From: a virus
Taxonomy: Duplodnaviria > Caudoviricetes
IMG/VR virus record: IMGVR_UViG_3300043775_000410
Location: 1 to 64,000 of that record
Direction: 5' to 3' (one strand)
Length of the DNA stretch: 64,000 nt
How positions within the stretch are numbered: the stretch's first letter is position 1; every line of letters starts with the position of its first letter. Below, piece after piece: positions 37,134 to 45,977 of the stretch. The position numbers and the translations under genes were made by a program. The notes beneath the pieces were generated by a model. The model had not been told where the DNA came from, searched no databases, and saw only the letters and a list, made by a program, of their open reading frames with translations.

Positions 37134-37767
37134 ACGTATTTTAGCAGTAGGCGCACACCCAGATGATATTGAATTAGGTTGCTTGGGTACGCTATTAAAA
37201 TTCCGTGATCAAGGTGCAGAATTTGATATTGTAGTAGCTCGCAACGATAATGTTCCACGTCCAAGTGTATGGCGAGATAAGGATATGATGATTGCTGAAT
37301 ATTCAGCAAGTGAACTGGTCATTGGCACTAAGTTTACTTTCCTTAATAATCGTTTAGATGCAACAGGTCGCCCTGTACTAGAATGGGACAGTGCCACAGT
37401 AGAACAACTTGATACTTATATGCAGGGTAAAGAGTACGATTTAGTTATTACACATAGTCCAGGCGATCACCATCAAGATCATGTGAATACATTCCATATT
37501 GTTAATAGTAGCCTACGTCGTTACCAAGGTGAATTGTGGTGCATGGAAGGCGGACCATATACCAATCGTAACAAAGAATTTGTGCCTAATATATTTGTAG
37601 ACATTGCTCCGTACATTGATACAAAGATTGCTGCTATTCAATGCTATGGTAGTTACTTTAGTGATACATTATTGCATAATATCAAAGGTCAGGCCGCACT
37701 ACGTGGACAGATGTTAGGCAGTACCTATGCAGAATCTTTCGAAGTTCGCTATCGTTGCATTAAATGA
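37126..37767 (+). CDS. PIG-L/LmbE-family N-deacetylase
   Basis: GAHPDDIE, THSPGDHHQDH and YAESF. Confidence 0.9.
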   Translation: MYKRILAVGAHPDDIELGCLGTLLKFRDQGAEFDIVVARNDNVPRPSVWRDKDMMIAEYSASELVIGTKFTFLNNRLDATGRPVLEWDSATVEQLDTYMQGKEYDLVITHSPGDHHQDHVNTFHIVNSSLRRYQGELWCMEGGPYTNRNKEFVPNIFVDIAPYIDTKIAAIQCYGSYFSDTLLHNIKGQAALRGQMLGSTYAESFEVRYRCIK

Positions 37768-38822
37768 TCAAGCTATTTCAATTAGATCGTATCTGGTCTG
37801 AAATCAGACATGATGCCCTTGCTAACATGGATCTAGTTGCTAGTCAAGGATGGGCTCAAAAAGGTCCTAGCACTTTAGCGTTAGAGCAGTGGTTATGCGA
37901 TTATAGTGGTCGCAAGCATGCTATCACAGTTGCTAGCTGTACAGACGCCTTACGTTGCATTTTAGAGTACCATTTCCCTGAAGAATCTCTTATAGGTGTA
38001 CCTAGCTATACATTTATTGCCACAGTTAATGCCATCGAACGAGCCGGACTAGTTCCTATATTCCTTGATGTGGATGCTAACTATCATGTAAAACTAAATG
38101 ACATTGGCGGATTAAATGGTATTGTAGGTGTTGACCTGTTTGGACTAGCACAAGATTATGATAAGATAGCCGACCTAGACATTCCGTTTGTTATGGATGC
38201 AGCACAAAGCATAGAAACGTTCGATGGGCAAGGTCGTAATAGTCTTGCCCAGGGCATAGCTAGTGCAGTTAGCTTTAGTCCAACAAAAACAATTCCGGCA
38301 TTTGGCAGTGGCGGTGCAATACTAACAGATGATGATGAATTTGCTGTGTGGGCACGTAAGTGGCGCACACATGGTAAGAATGTCAACAGCGATGTTGCAA
38401 TTACTGCCGGAGCTAATAGTATGATGAGCAGTCTAGAAGCAGCACAGGTGTTGTGTTGTGTCAATCATCATCAACAATGGCGTGATCGTAGACAAGCCAT
38501 AGCAGAAGAGTTTATAATAAACATTACTAGTGATAGATTAATTGCTCCGACTACTAGAGGTCAACATACCTGGCATAAATTTATTATTCGATGCTCAGAT
38601 CTAGAAGTTAGACAGCAACTAAGAGATCATTTAACAGCCCACGGTGTTGACAGTCAAGTATACTATCAACCACTAGTACATGAAGAAGAATTATATCTGT
38701 GTGATGTTGTATTACATAATAGCACATGGTTAAGTGAACGTAGTCTTGGAATACCCTGTCAACACACATTAACCGATGAAGAAATTAAAACTATCACTAA
38801 CGCATTAAGGACATTCAAATGA
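37764..38822 (+). CDS. DegT-family sugar aminotransferase (second copy)
   Basis: TFIAT, DAAQS and SFSPTKTIPAFGSGG. Confidence 0.9.
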   Translation: MIKLFQLDRIWSEIRHDALANMDLVASQGWAQKGPSTLALEQWLCDYSGRKHAITVASCTDALRCILEYHFPEESLIGVPSYTFIATVNAIERAGLVPIFLDVDANYHVKLNDIGGLNGIVGVDLFGLAQDYDKIADLDIPFVMDAAQSIETFDGQGRNSLAQGIASAVSFSPTKTIPAFGSGGAILTDDDEFAVWARKWRTHGKNVNSDVAITAGANSMMSSLEAAQVLCCVNHHQQWRDRRQAIAEEFIINITSDRLIAPTTRGQHTWHKFIIRCSDLEVRQQLRDHLTAHGVDSQVYYQPLVHEEELYLCDVVLHNSTWLSERSLGIPCQHTLTDEEIKTITNALRTFK

Positions 38823-39805
38823 AAATATTAATTTTAGGCGGACACGGCTTTATTGGTAGTCATACCAGCAGTAAACTTAAGGCACTAGGACACACAATTG
38901 GAGTAGTTGACTGCTATCATCAATACTATACATTTCCAGATTGGGAATATAACCCTGTATTAGCACAGCGCATTGCACTAGCCAATGCTGATCAGGTATT
39001 TAAAGGACGTATTGAAGATCAGTTGTTTATTAACAGTGTGTTCAATGATTTTAAACCAGATGTTGTTATTCATGTGGCAACATATCCTAATGCTAAGATG
39101 GTGCATCGCAATCCAGTAGATGCCGCTAACAACATGGTTAGTGCTACTGCTAACATATTATTAAATTGTACACAACATCACGTTAAACGGCTTGTATTTG
39201 CGTCTAGCAGTATGGTCTACGGTGAATTTAAAACTGCTGCGCCAGATGAAACTGCTGACTGTGATCCATTAACCCTATACGGTAGTTACAAATTGCAAGG
39301 TGAACGTATGGTTAAGATCTGGGCACAGGATCATGACTTAGAATATGTTATTATGCGTCCAAGTGCTTTGTATGGTACACGCGATATGGTAGTACGTGTT
39401 ATAAGTCAAATGGCCGCTGGGTCATTACGTAATGGCGCTATCACAGTACAGGGTCCAGATAATCGATTAGATTTTAGTTTTGTAGAAGATGTTGCAGGGT
39501 ATTTTACCGAAGCCGCATTGAATCCGGCAGCAGTTAATCAAATCTTTAACTGTACACGTGGTCGTGGTCGCACTATTTTAGAAGCCGCGGAACTTGTACA
39601 ACAAAGATTAGGTGGTAAAATTATAATTAAACCACATGATGCATTTTATCCTAATCGCGATACACTCAATAGCGATAAGATTAAACAGATGTTAGATTAT
39701 CAACCTGTATGGGATATTGAACAAGGTATTCCTGCTTACCTTGATTGGTTGTTAGAACAAAAATTTATTGATCAACTTCGGGATACAATTCCGCAAACTG
39801 TTTAG
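38819..39805 (+). CDS. NAD-dependent NDP-sugar epimerase/dehydratase (second copy)
   Basis: LGGHGFIG, SSSMVYG, YGSYK and DFSFVED. Confidence 0.92.
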   Translation: MKILILGGHGFIGSHTSSKLKALGHTIGVVDCYHQYYTFPDWEYNPVLAQRIALANADQVFKGRIEDQLFINSVFNDFKPDVVIHVATYPNAKMVHRNPVDAANNMVSATANILLNCTQHHVKRLVFASSSMVYGEFKTAAPDETADCDPLTLYGSYKLQGERMVKIWAQDHDLEYVIMRPSALYGTRDMVVRVISQMAAGSLRNGAITVQGPDNRLDFSFVEDVAGYFTEAALNPAAVNQIFNCTRGRGRTILEAAELVQQRLGGKIIIKPHDAFYPNRDTLNSDKIKQMLDYQPVWDIEQGIPAYLDWLLEQKFIDQLRDTIPQTV

Positions 39806-42173
39806 CTAGCCATTCCCATCTAAATGCTTGTTTAAGTGTTTGGTGGGAATTTTTATTGGCTGAATAAAAGGTAACACCATCATTGGCACCCTTTAATACC
39901 CATTCGGCATTAGGTCCACGGGCTGTAGTTGTCCATGTATGTAGTCTATGTTTGGTTTCTATACAATTAGTTTCTTCATATATTTGTGCAAGTTTTGCAC
40001 ATTCTCTAAACGCACTGCGCCAGGCTTGATACGGAGTTGCGCCTATATGTGCAATAGCACTTAGTTTAGGTATAACAGCATGTGGTGCACTCATAGTATA
40101 ATCAATACCAAATTCAGTCACAGTCTTGACAAGGTTAACATTATATAATATAACTCCTGCGTAACCATACTCTAGTCCATTGGCTTCATTGTGTGCGTAG
40201 AATATATAGTGTTTAGGCAATTGAAAGTAATCGGGACTAAAATCAAATTCAAACTCAGGATGTATTTCTGTTTTAGCGAAAACAGCATAGTACCATTCAG
40301 TTTCGCTTAATTCAGCTGCCGCACGTAGAGCATTTTCCATTCCTTCTACACCATGCAGTCTTTTGGCATTTGGATATTTACTACCTAGTTTAGCCCAGTT
40401 GGCATCAGCTTCAACTTCATCGTAACTGATAAAAATAATATCCTGTTGAGGACTGTAAAATGTTGGCATTTTATCAATATATGGATAATCGTATACTTGT
40501 GTACTAATATAGTTTTTGGCCTCTCTTGGCGCCAAAACATAGCTATTATCAGGTGTAAACGAGACGATTTTCTTATCTTTTGCATACCAAATGCTAGGGT
40601 TATACACTATACCACGATCTTGTTTACAAAACCAAGTATAAGGATGTTTAAACTCGTGTTCATTGACCACTGTGATTAAGTTATCTCCTTGAAAGGTATG
40701 CACAGGCATAGGTAGTCGTGGCACACGCTGTTCTTCGCAGTAGTTAATTACATTGAACCAATCTAATAGCTCAAGTTCAACCATCTGCTGTTTAAATGAT
40801 TCGACGTGTATATAGAACGTATCGCCACGAGCTTGATTGGCACTAGGGAACACGTGTATCATTTCTTTTTGCCACGGTTCGGGTTGCCAACTAAAATCAA
40901 AGCGAGCATAGTCACAAAGACTACTGATTATCCATACATGTTCTGTTGAGGCTGTTGCCATGATACGTTTAAAGGTATCAAGGTAGTTGTCAACATAACG
41001 AGTTGATTTGATATCAGTATGTTTCTTTTGTAGTTGTTCAAGTTGATCGTTAGCATTACCGTGATCTACAAAGTAAATGTCATGTAGGTCATCGGGAATA
41101 TACACGGGTTGGTCTGTGACAAAATGCAAATTAGGAAACTCTTCTAGACTCCGGGCCCAACTACTACAGCGAGTAAATTCACTCCGATTAATCAAATAGG
41201 TATCGCTCCACTTTTGATGTTGTGATCCAAACACATGCATCATATGTCCTTGCCAAGGTTCGGCGTGCCAACTAAAGTCGAAGTCTGTATAAATGTTTTC
41301 ACTACTGACTATCCAGAACTTACTAGTCTTACTACGTGTAACACAACGAGCAATAGTATCCATCATTGAATTAGCATAGCGTATCTTTTGTGCTTGCGGA
41401 TATACATCTACCAACAGTTCGTAGCGTACAGCTGCACTAGCATTACTTTTGTCAATAAAGAATATGTCTAAGACCTGTATAGCATTGCCTGTTTTACTAG
41501 GCATCATGTCTAGGAATTTAATGTCAGTGGCACCTAGCACTGTATAAGTCAGTCCACTGCTGACCTGAAACTCTGAACTAAAATGATAGATGTAAGGAGG
41601 ATGGTCAGGATCGGGCCGCCAAGTAAAATCAATGTCATCGGCATTAATTTCCTCTGGTACAGTCCATAATTCTAAATGTGGATTAAACGCTGCTGTAAAG
41701 TCGTATAGGTATTTTACTTCTGCGGCGCCCGGTACGCAGTACTGTGGACCATCTACTCGCTCACGGCCCCACTTAACTGGAAACTGATAGATGTAAGGAG
41801 GATCTAATGGATCCGGTGCCCAACGTTGATCTACACTAGCAGGGTCACAGTCACGATAATCCCAATAATCTAAGTTAGGTAGTCGATGTGTGTAAGTATC
41901 AGTGTGGAAATTGTGTACACCTTGTTCTAGGGTGTGCTTGTTAGCAAAGTAGGTACCACCATCAACTTGCCATTGATTTGGCCATGTGTGTATTTGATGT
42001 TGTTCCCAAGGCACCGATTGAAAGTTAAAATCAAATCCAGTGTAATCATTTTGTCCATCAACAAACCAAAAGAACTTGGTACAACTTAAACTAGCAGCTT
42101 CTGCTAATGTATCGGCCGGTAGTTCAAATGGAAATAGATTGGGCTTTGTGCCCTTGTAAAATACATCAAACAT
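39765..42173 (-). CDS. Protein of about four tandem GT-A-like (glycosyltransferase-like) repeats
   Basis: Repeated units starting D(V/I)xF, with FDF(N/S)(W/F)xxxPW...H(T/V)(W/F). The last unit (DIIFISYDE...AWRSAFRECAKL) parallels ORF 56486..57382. Confidence 0.6.
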   Translation of the reverse strand: MFDVFYKGTKPNLFPFELPADTLAEAASLSCTKFFWFVDGQNDYTGFDFNFQSVPWEQHQIHTWPNQWQVDGGTYFANKHTLEQGVHNFHTDTYTHRLPNLDYWDYRDCDPASVDQRWAPDPLDPPYIYQFPVKWGRERVDGPQYCVPGAAEVKYLYDFTAAFNPHLELWTVPEEINADDIDFTWRPDPDHPPYIYHFSSEFQVSSGLTYTVLGATDIKFLDMMPSKTGNAIQVLDIFFIDKSNASAAVRYELLVDVYPQAQKIRYANSMMDTIARCVTRSKTSKFWIVSSENIYTDFDFSWHAEPWQGHMMHVFGSQHQKWSDTYLINRSEFTRCSSWARSLEEFPNLHFVTDQPVYIPDDLHDIYFVDHGNANDQLEQLQKKHTDIKSTRYVDNYLDTFKRIMATASTEHVWIISSLCDYARFDFSWQPEPWQKEMIHVFPSANQARGDTFYIHVESFKQQMVELELLDWFNVINYCEEQRVPRLPMPVHTFQGDNLITVVNEHEFKHPYTWFCKQDRGIVYNPSIWYAKDKKIVSFTPDNSYVLAPREAKNYISTQVYDYPYIDKMPTFYSPQQDIIFISYDEVEADANWAKLGSKYPNAKRLHGVEGMENALRAAAELSETEWYYAVFAKTEIHPEFEFDFSPDYFQLPKHYIFYAHNEANGLEYGYAGVILYNVNLVKTVTEFGIDYTMSAPHAVIPKLSAIAHIGATPYQAWRSAFRECAKLAQIYEETNCIETKHRLHTWTTTARGPNAEWVLKGANDGVTFYSANKNSHQTLKQAFRWEWLAKQFAELYPEVDQ

Positions 42174-42588
42174 CTAATTTAGTTACTTCCACACCCGAGT
42201 TCTTAAGGAAAACAATTCCGCTATCATCGCGATAGTTAGTGGCGTAGTAAACTCTACGTATACCGGCTTGGTATATGAGCTTGGCACAATCAAGGCAAGG
42301 ACTATGTGTAACAAACAAGTCAGCATCTAGTCCAGACTCGACACTTCTCGCCAGTTTTGCAATTGCGTTTGTTTCTGCATGTAACACCTCCGGCTTAGTT
42401 TTAATCGTGCCATCCTCTAGTTCCTGTTCGCAGTTGTTGTCCCAACCTTTGGGCATACCGTTGTAGCCAATTGAGATAATCCTGTCATCTTTAACAACAA
42501 GTGCGCCCACTTTAAGTCTACGGGCTGTGCTTAGTTCAGCGTAGATATGTGCGGCCTGCATGTGTGCTGTTTGATGTTTAGGTTTCAT
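42166..42588 (-). CDS. dCMP deaminase
   Basis: GYNG, HAETNA and SPCLDC. Confidence 0.92.
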   Translation of the reverse strand: MKPKHQTAHMQAAHIYAELSTARRLKVGALVVKDDRIISIGYNGMPKGWDNNCEQELEDGTIKTKPEVLHAETNAIAKLARSVESGLDADLFVTHSPCLDCAKLIYQAGIRRVYYATNYRDDSGIVFLKNSGVEVTKLDV

Positions 42589-42979
42589 TTATATCCTTGG
42601 CAATAATAGCTGCCCAACGATCTGCATCTTGTTCTGTTACACGTATATCATAATGCTCGGGTGGATTGAATACTTTGTTGGTATCTTCAAATCGTCCCAT
42701 TTTAATTGTGTCTACCCATACAGTATAATCAGCATCAAAAATGTCGCGTATTTCTTTAGTTGGTGCTACAAAATCACATATAACATGACCGGTACTGTCA
42801 TCGGCTAATTTTCTCATACGGTCAGCCTGACGCAATCTACCCTCAGCTGAAAAGTCCCAATCATTATGCTTTTTTCTGACAGCATCGGCATTGAACCAAA
42901 CACAGTCTAATAGATTTAATAAGGCATGCGCTAGAGTTGTTTTACCGGAGCCAGGTAAGCCACAAATTAATATTTTCAT
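42578..42979 (-). CDS. Adenylylsulfate (APS) kinase-like P-loop kinase
   Basis: GLPGSGKT, NADAVR, DFSAEGRLRQ and FNPP. Confidence 0.75.
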   Translation of the reverse strand: MKILICGLPGSGKTTLAHALLNLLDCVWFNADAVRKKHNDWDFSAEGRLRQADRMRKLADDSTGHVICDFVAPTKEIRDIFDADYTVWVDTIKMGRFEDTNKVFNPPEHYDIRVTEQDADRWAAIIAKDINET

Positions 42980-44469
42980 GATATTACTCGAACTCCGTAT
43001 AACTGCTCAAAGCGGTCAGCATCTGCACGATCATTTACCATAGGCTCACCTCTAATGTTTAAACTTGTATTAAGTAACATTGGACATCCTGTCCACGTAT
43101 ACCATAAACATAATAGTTCACGTATACCACTGCCATCTCTAGGCACAGTCTGTACACGACTAGTACCATCTACATGTATTATAGCAGGAAATTCATCAGG
43201 GCGCAAGCACTTTGCAGTGGTCTGCATGTATCTGCTTGTGGCAAATCCGTTGGGCATTTCAAAATACTCATCAACAAACTCTTCAAGTATTATAGGAGCA
43301 AAGGGTCTAAACTTTTGTCTACGCTTAATTTGATTAACAGCATCCTTAATATCAGCACCTCGTGGGTCAGCTAACAAACTACGATTACCCAATGCTCTAG
43401 GACCAAACTCCGCACGACCGCTAGCAACGCCAACAATCTTGTTGGTCATTAGTTCGGAGACAACATCGGTGCAAGGATAAGGGCCACTAATATTATGGCC
43501 AAGAAAAGCATTATTCCAATTAAGTCGACCCCCGTGTGCCAAGGCCGCCGCTCCAAGGCTGCTACCAGCATCACCAGGATTAGGCATAATCCATATTTCA
43601 TCAAAGTATTCTCCTAAATCTCTATTAGCACTACAATTAAGAGCAACACCACCCGAGTAGACTAAATTACTGTTGGGTGCTAGCTTCTTTGCCTTGTACA
43701 TAATATTATGTATCAATTGTTCAGTTAATGTCTGTGCCGCACTAGCAATTTCAAAGTCATTCCAACGAGCTCGCATGTCATTATCAGGTAGACCAACATG
43801 TAGATTGTGTTTTAATGTTAGATCAAACTCGTGATCAACTAGCCATGTTGAAAGCTCATCACTTAAATGTTTTGTATTTTGTTTTGCCCACCCAGCCATG
43901 CCCATTAAGATGTATTCTTCATCTAAGGGTTTAAGTCCAACTTCTTTAGTAAACGCACTGTACATTAAGCCAATGCTGTGTGGGTATAGTTGTCGCCATA
44001 CTCTAGTGTATTCGGCTCGACCATTAACATACTCGGCTTTCCAAATACTAATAGTATCCCACTCGCCGATAGCATCAATTACCACAACTGTAGCACTATC
44101 GAATGGACTAGTTTGAAAACCGGCTGCCGCGTGACTTAAATGATGATTGTATGTTTTAATTGGAATAGAACTGCTTAACCACGGAGCAGCTTTGGTTATC
44201 ATGTTGCGCACACTCCAACCTTTAGTCAGCTCACTGTATTGACCTGCGTAGAGTTGGCGTGTCTTTTTAACCCAAGGTCTTTCATAGTAGGCAATTAGAT
44301 CAGGTTCGCCATGATTGAATACGCAATCTTTAAGCAGTTCGCTGTTTAAGTTGGGGTCGTGTTTAATTTTGCTGTAACGTTCAGCATGCCCTGCAAAGAC
44401 AATGTCATTGCCTTTGATTAATGTAATTGCTGCGTCATGAAACCCAGCCGAGATGCCTAATATATTCAT
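42976..44469 (-). CDS. NodU/CmcH-family O-carbamoyltransferase
   Basis: HDAA, ERYSKIKH, HHLSHAA, DAIGE, GGVALNC, AEFGPRALGNRS, RPFAP, HVDGTSRVQTV and LNTSLN. Confidence 0.95.
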   Translation of the reverse strand: MNILGISAGFHDAAITLIKGNDIVFAGHAERYSKIKHDPNLNSELLKDCVFNHGEPDLIAYYERPWVKKTRQLYAGQYSELTKGWSVRNMITKAAPWLSSSIPIKTYNHHLSHAAAGFQTSPFDSATVVVIDAIGEWDTISIWKAEYVNGRAEYTRVWRQLYPHSIGLMYSAFTKEVGLKPLDEEYILMGMAGWAKQNTKHLSDELSTWLVDHEFDLTLKHNLHVGLPDNDMRARWNDFEIASAAQTLTEQLIHNIMYKAKKLAPNSNLVYSGGVALNCSANRDLGEYFDEIWIMPNPGDAGSSLGAAALAHGGRLNWNNAFLGHNISGPYPCTDVVSELMTNKIVGVASGRAEFGPRALGNRSLLADPRGADIKDAVNQIKRRQKFRPFAPIILEEFVDEYFEMPNGFATSRYMQTTAKCLRPDEFPAIIHVDGTSRVQTVPRDGSGIRELLCLWYTWTGCPMLLNTSLNIRGEPMVNDRADADRFEQLYGVRVIS

Positions 44470-45079
44470 AAATTTTATCCGCTACTATTGTATGCCCTGC
44501 TGCTAAGAAGTGTCCGTTTGGACCTTTTGGTGTGCCATAGGTCCAATCTGTCATATTATCTTTGAGCCACCCAATATAATATCTATCATCAACCCGATCA
44601 ATCATTTGACTAATATGCGTATCATTTTTAAAATACGTAAAATTATTACCAAATGAATCTAACATTATATATTTTTTATTTTGTTGTTGTAGGAAATTTT
44701 GTACTAATCTAATGTTAATTAAGTATTGGCTATATAAGTAATTATCCGAGTGATATTTGTTTAGATACTGCATTAACTCTGTTCTATAGGCTATGTCACC
44801 TGTGAACATAACTCCGCGATGACCTGGCCATGTATCATATACCCCATGTTGATCAGCAAATTCGATACGGGCAAAATGACTCCATGCAATAATGATTAAA
44901 TCATACTCTGATGCATGCTCTACTACATTCCTAACCATGCTGGTATTACCTGTGGCAGGTTTTCCTAGATTAGTTAACTCACAGGATAATTTATTTTGCA
45001 ATATATGCGGCCATGCCTGTGTAATATCAGGTAGTTCGTCGCCGTAGGTAAAGCTATCGCCAACAGTTAATATACGCAT
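44435..45079 (-). CDS. SGNH/GDSL-like protein
   Basis: VGDSFTYG, ATGN and PNGHFLAAGH. Confidence 0.75.
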   Translation of the reverse strand: MRILTVGDSFTYGDELPDITQAWPHILQNKLSCELTNLGKPATGNTSMVRNVVEHASEYDLIIIAWSHFARIEFADQHGVYDTWPGHRGVMFTGDIAYRTELMQYLNKYHSDNYLYSQYLINIRLVQNFLQQQNKKYIMLDSFGNNFTYFKNDTHISQMIDRVDDRYYIGWLKDNMTDWTYGTPKGPNGHFLAAGHTIVADKIYEYIRHLGWVS

Positions 45080-45180
45080 TATTTGTAGATAAATGGATCA
45101 CGCTTGCGTAATTCTTTTAATTTTTTACGATAGTTTATTTCTAATTTAATTCTGCGGTATAAATTCATTAACCAATTCAT
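45079..45180 (-). CDS. 33-aa basic peptide ending -DPFIYK (carbamoyltransferase-associated)
   Basis: MNWLMNLYRRIKLEINYRKKLKELRKRDPFIYK*; AAGGAG RBS; TAATG overlap with 44435..45079; not in the ORF track. Confidence 0.8.
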   Translation of the reverse strand: MNWLMNLYRRIKLEINYRKKLKELRKRDPFIYK

Positions 45181-45973
45181 TATAGTTCTCCTTGATGTAT
45201 TTTGCAGCATCTACATGTGCTGGCTCTAGTGGATGCGTTGTAGCAAATGGATATTTAAAATCCCTAGCCCATGTGTAAAATCCTTGATTGTTTGGGAATG
45301 TTACCCACCGATCAAAATCAATTTGATTATACAGTGTGGTTATGTTTTCGTCATTCATTAGATATGTACAGTTATTTAACAGTGCTTCGTCGACCATTGA
45401 AAATATATATGGTGTTTTCTTTAACTGTAGATATTGTTGCAACATAATAATTTCTGTTAGCGAATTATATGTTTCCCAATAGGCCGTTGACCCAACGTGT
45501 TTGTAAAAGGTTTTAGCAAAATCTGCTGTGCCTGTTTGTTTAGCTCGTAACAAATGATTGGTATGGTGTTGCAACACTGTTGTATTGTTGGCTCTAAATT
45601 CTTTTTTTATGTCTTCCACATTGTCGATAATTGACCAAGGATTTAGATTATACCAATTGCCCCAACGTTCGCCTGTATCATATTCAAATCTAAATTCGTA
45701 CCTGCCAGGGAATGTCCAAGTAACAATAACTAGTCCTATATTTTGTATACGTTCACAGGCGTTCATTACTGTGCGACGAATTGCACTGTTGCTGAATCCA
45801 GGATATGCCGCACACTCGTACTGCATGCCAACGTCTCGAGCTAACAGCGCCGGAAAAGTACTTTGACTGACAATTGGATAAGCGGGCTCGGTGCCATTAG
45901 GATCCAATGGTGATACACCATCAGCTAACTCGCTACCGTAGGTAAAACTATCGCCGCCTGCTAGTAAAATCAT
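45146..45973 (-). CDS. SGNH/GDSL-like protein
   Basis: GGDSFTYG, PGFSN and TTHPLEPAH. Confidence 0.75.
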   Translation of the reverse strand: MILLAGGDSFTYGSELADGVSPLDPNGTEPAYPIVSQSTFPALLARDVGMQYECAAYPGFSNSAIRRTVMNACERIQNIGLVIVTWTFPGRYEFRFEYDTGERWGNWYNLNPWSIIDNVEDIKKEFRANNTTVLQHHTNHLLRAKQTGTADFAKTFYKHVGSTAYWETYNSLTEIIMLQQYLQLKKTPYIFSMVDEALLNNCTYLMNDENITTLYNQIDFDRWVTFPNNQGFYTWARDFKYPFATTHPLEPAHVDAAKYIKENYNELVNEFIPQN

Positions 45974-45977
45974 TAAA

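Noticed and set aside
34259-39805. Bacterial O-antigen locus or host contamination
   Set aside because: The genes are overlap-coupled to phage genes, converge on a phage-type block, and no wzx/wzy/ABC exporter is present.
39765-39805. 41-bp overlap of convergent genes at the strand switch as a regulatory element
   Set aside because: No hairpin or other signal is visible; short 3' overlaps are common in compact phage genomes.
42578-45973. Saxitoxin-like cluster (carbamoyltransferase, GDSL, APS kinase, small PFIY protein)
   Set aside because: No PKS-like SxtA or amidinotransferase core is present; only the generic tailoring module is shared.
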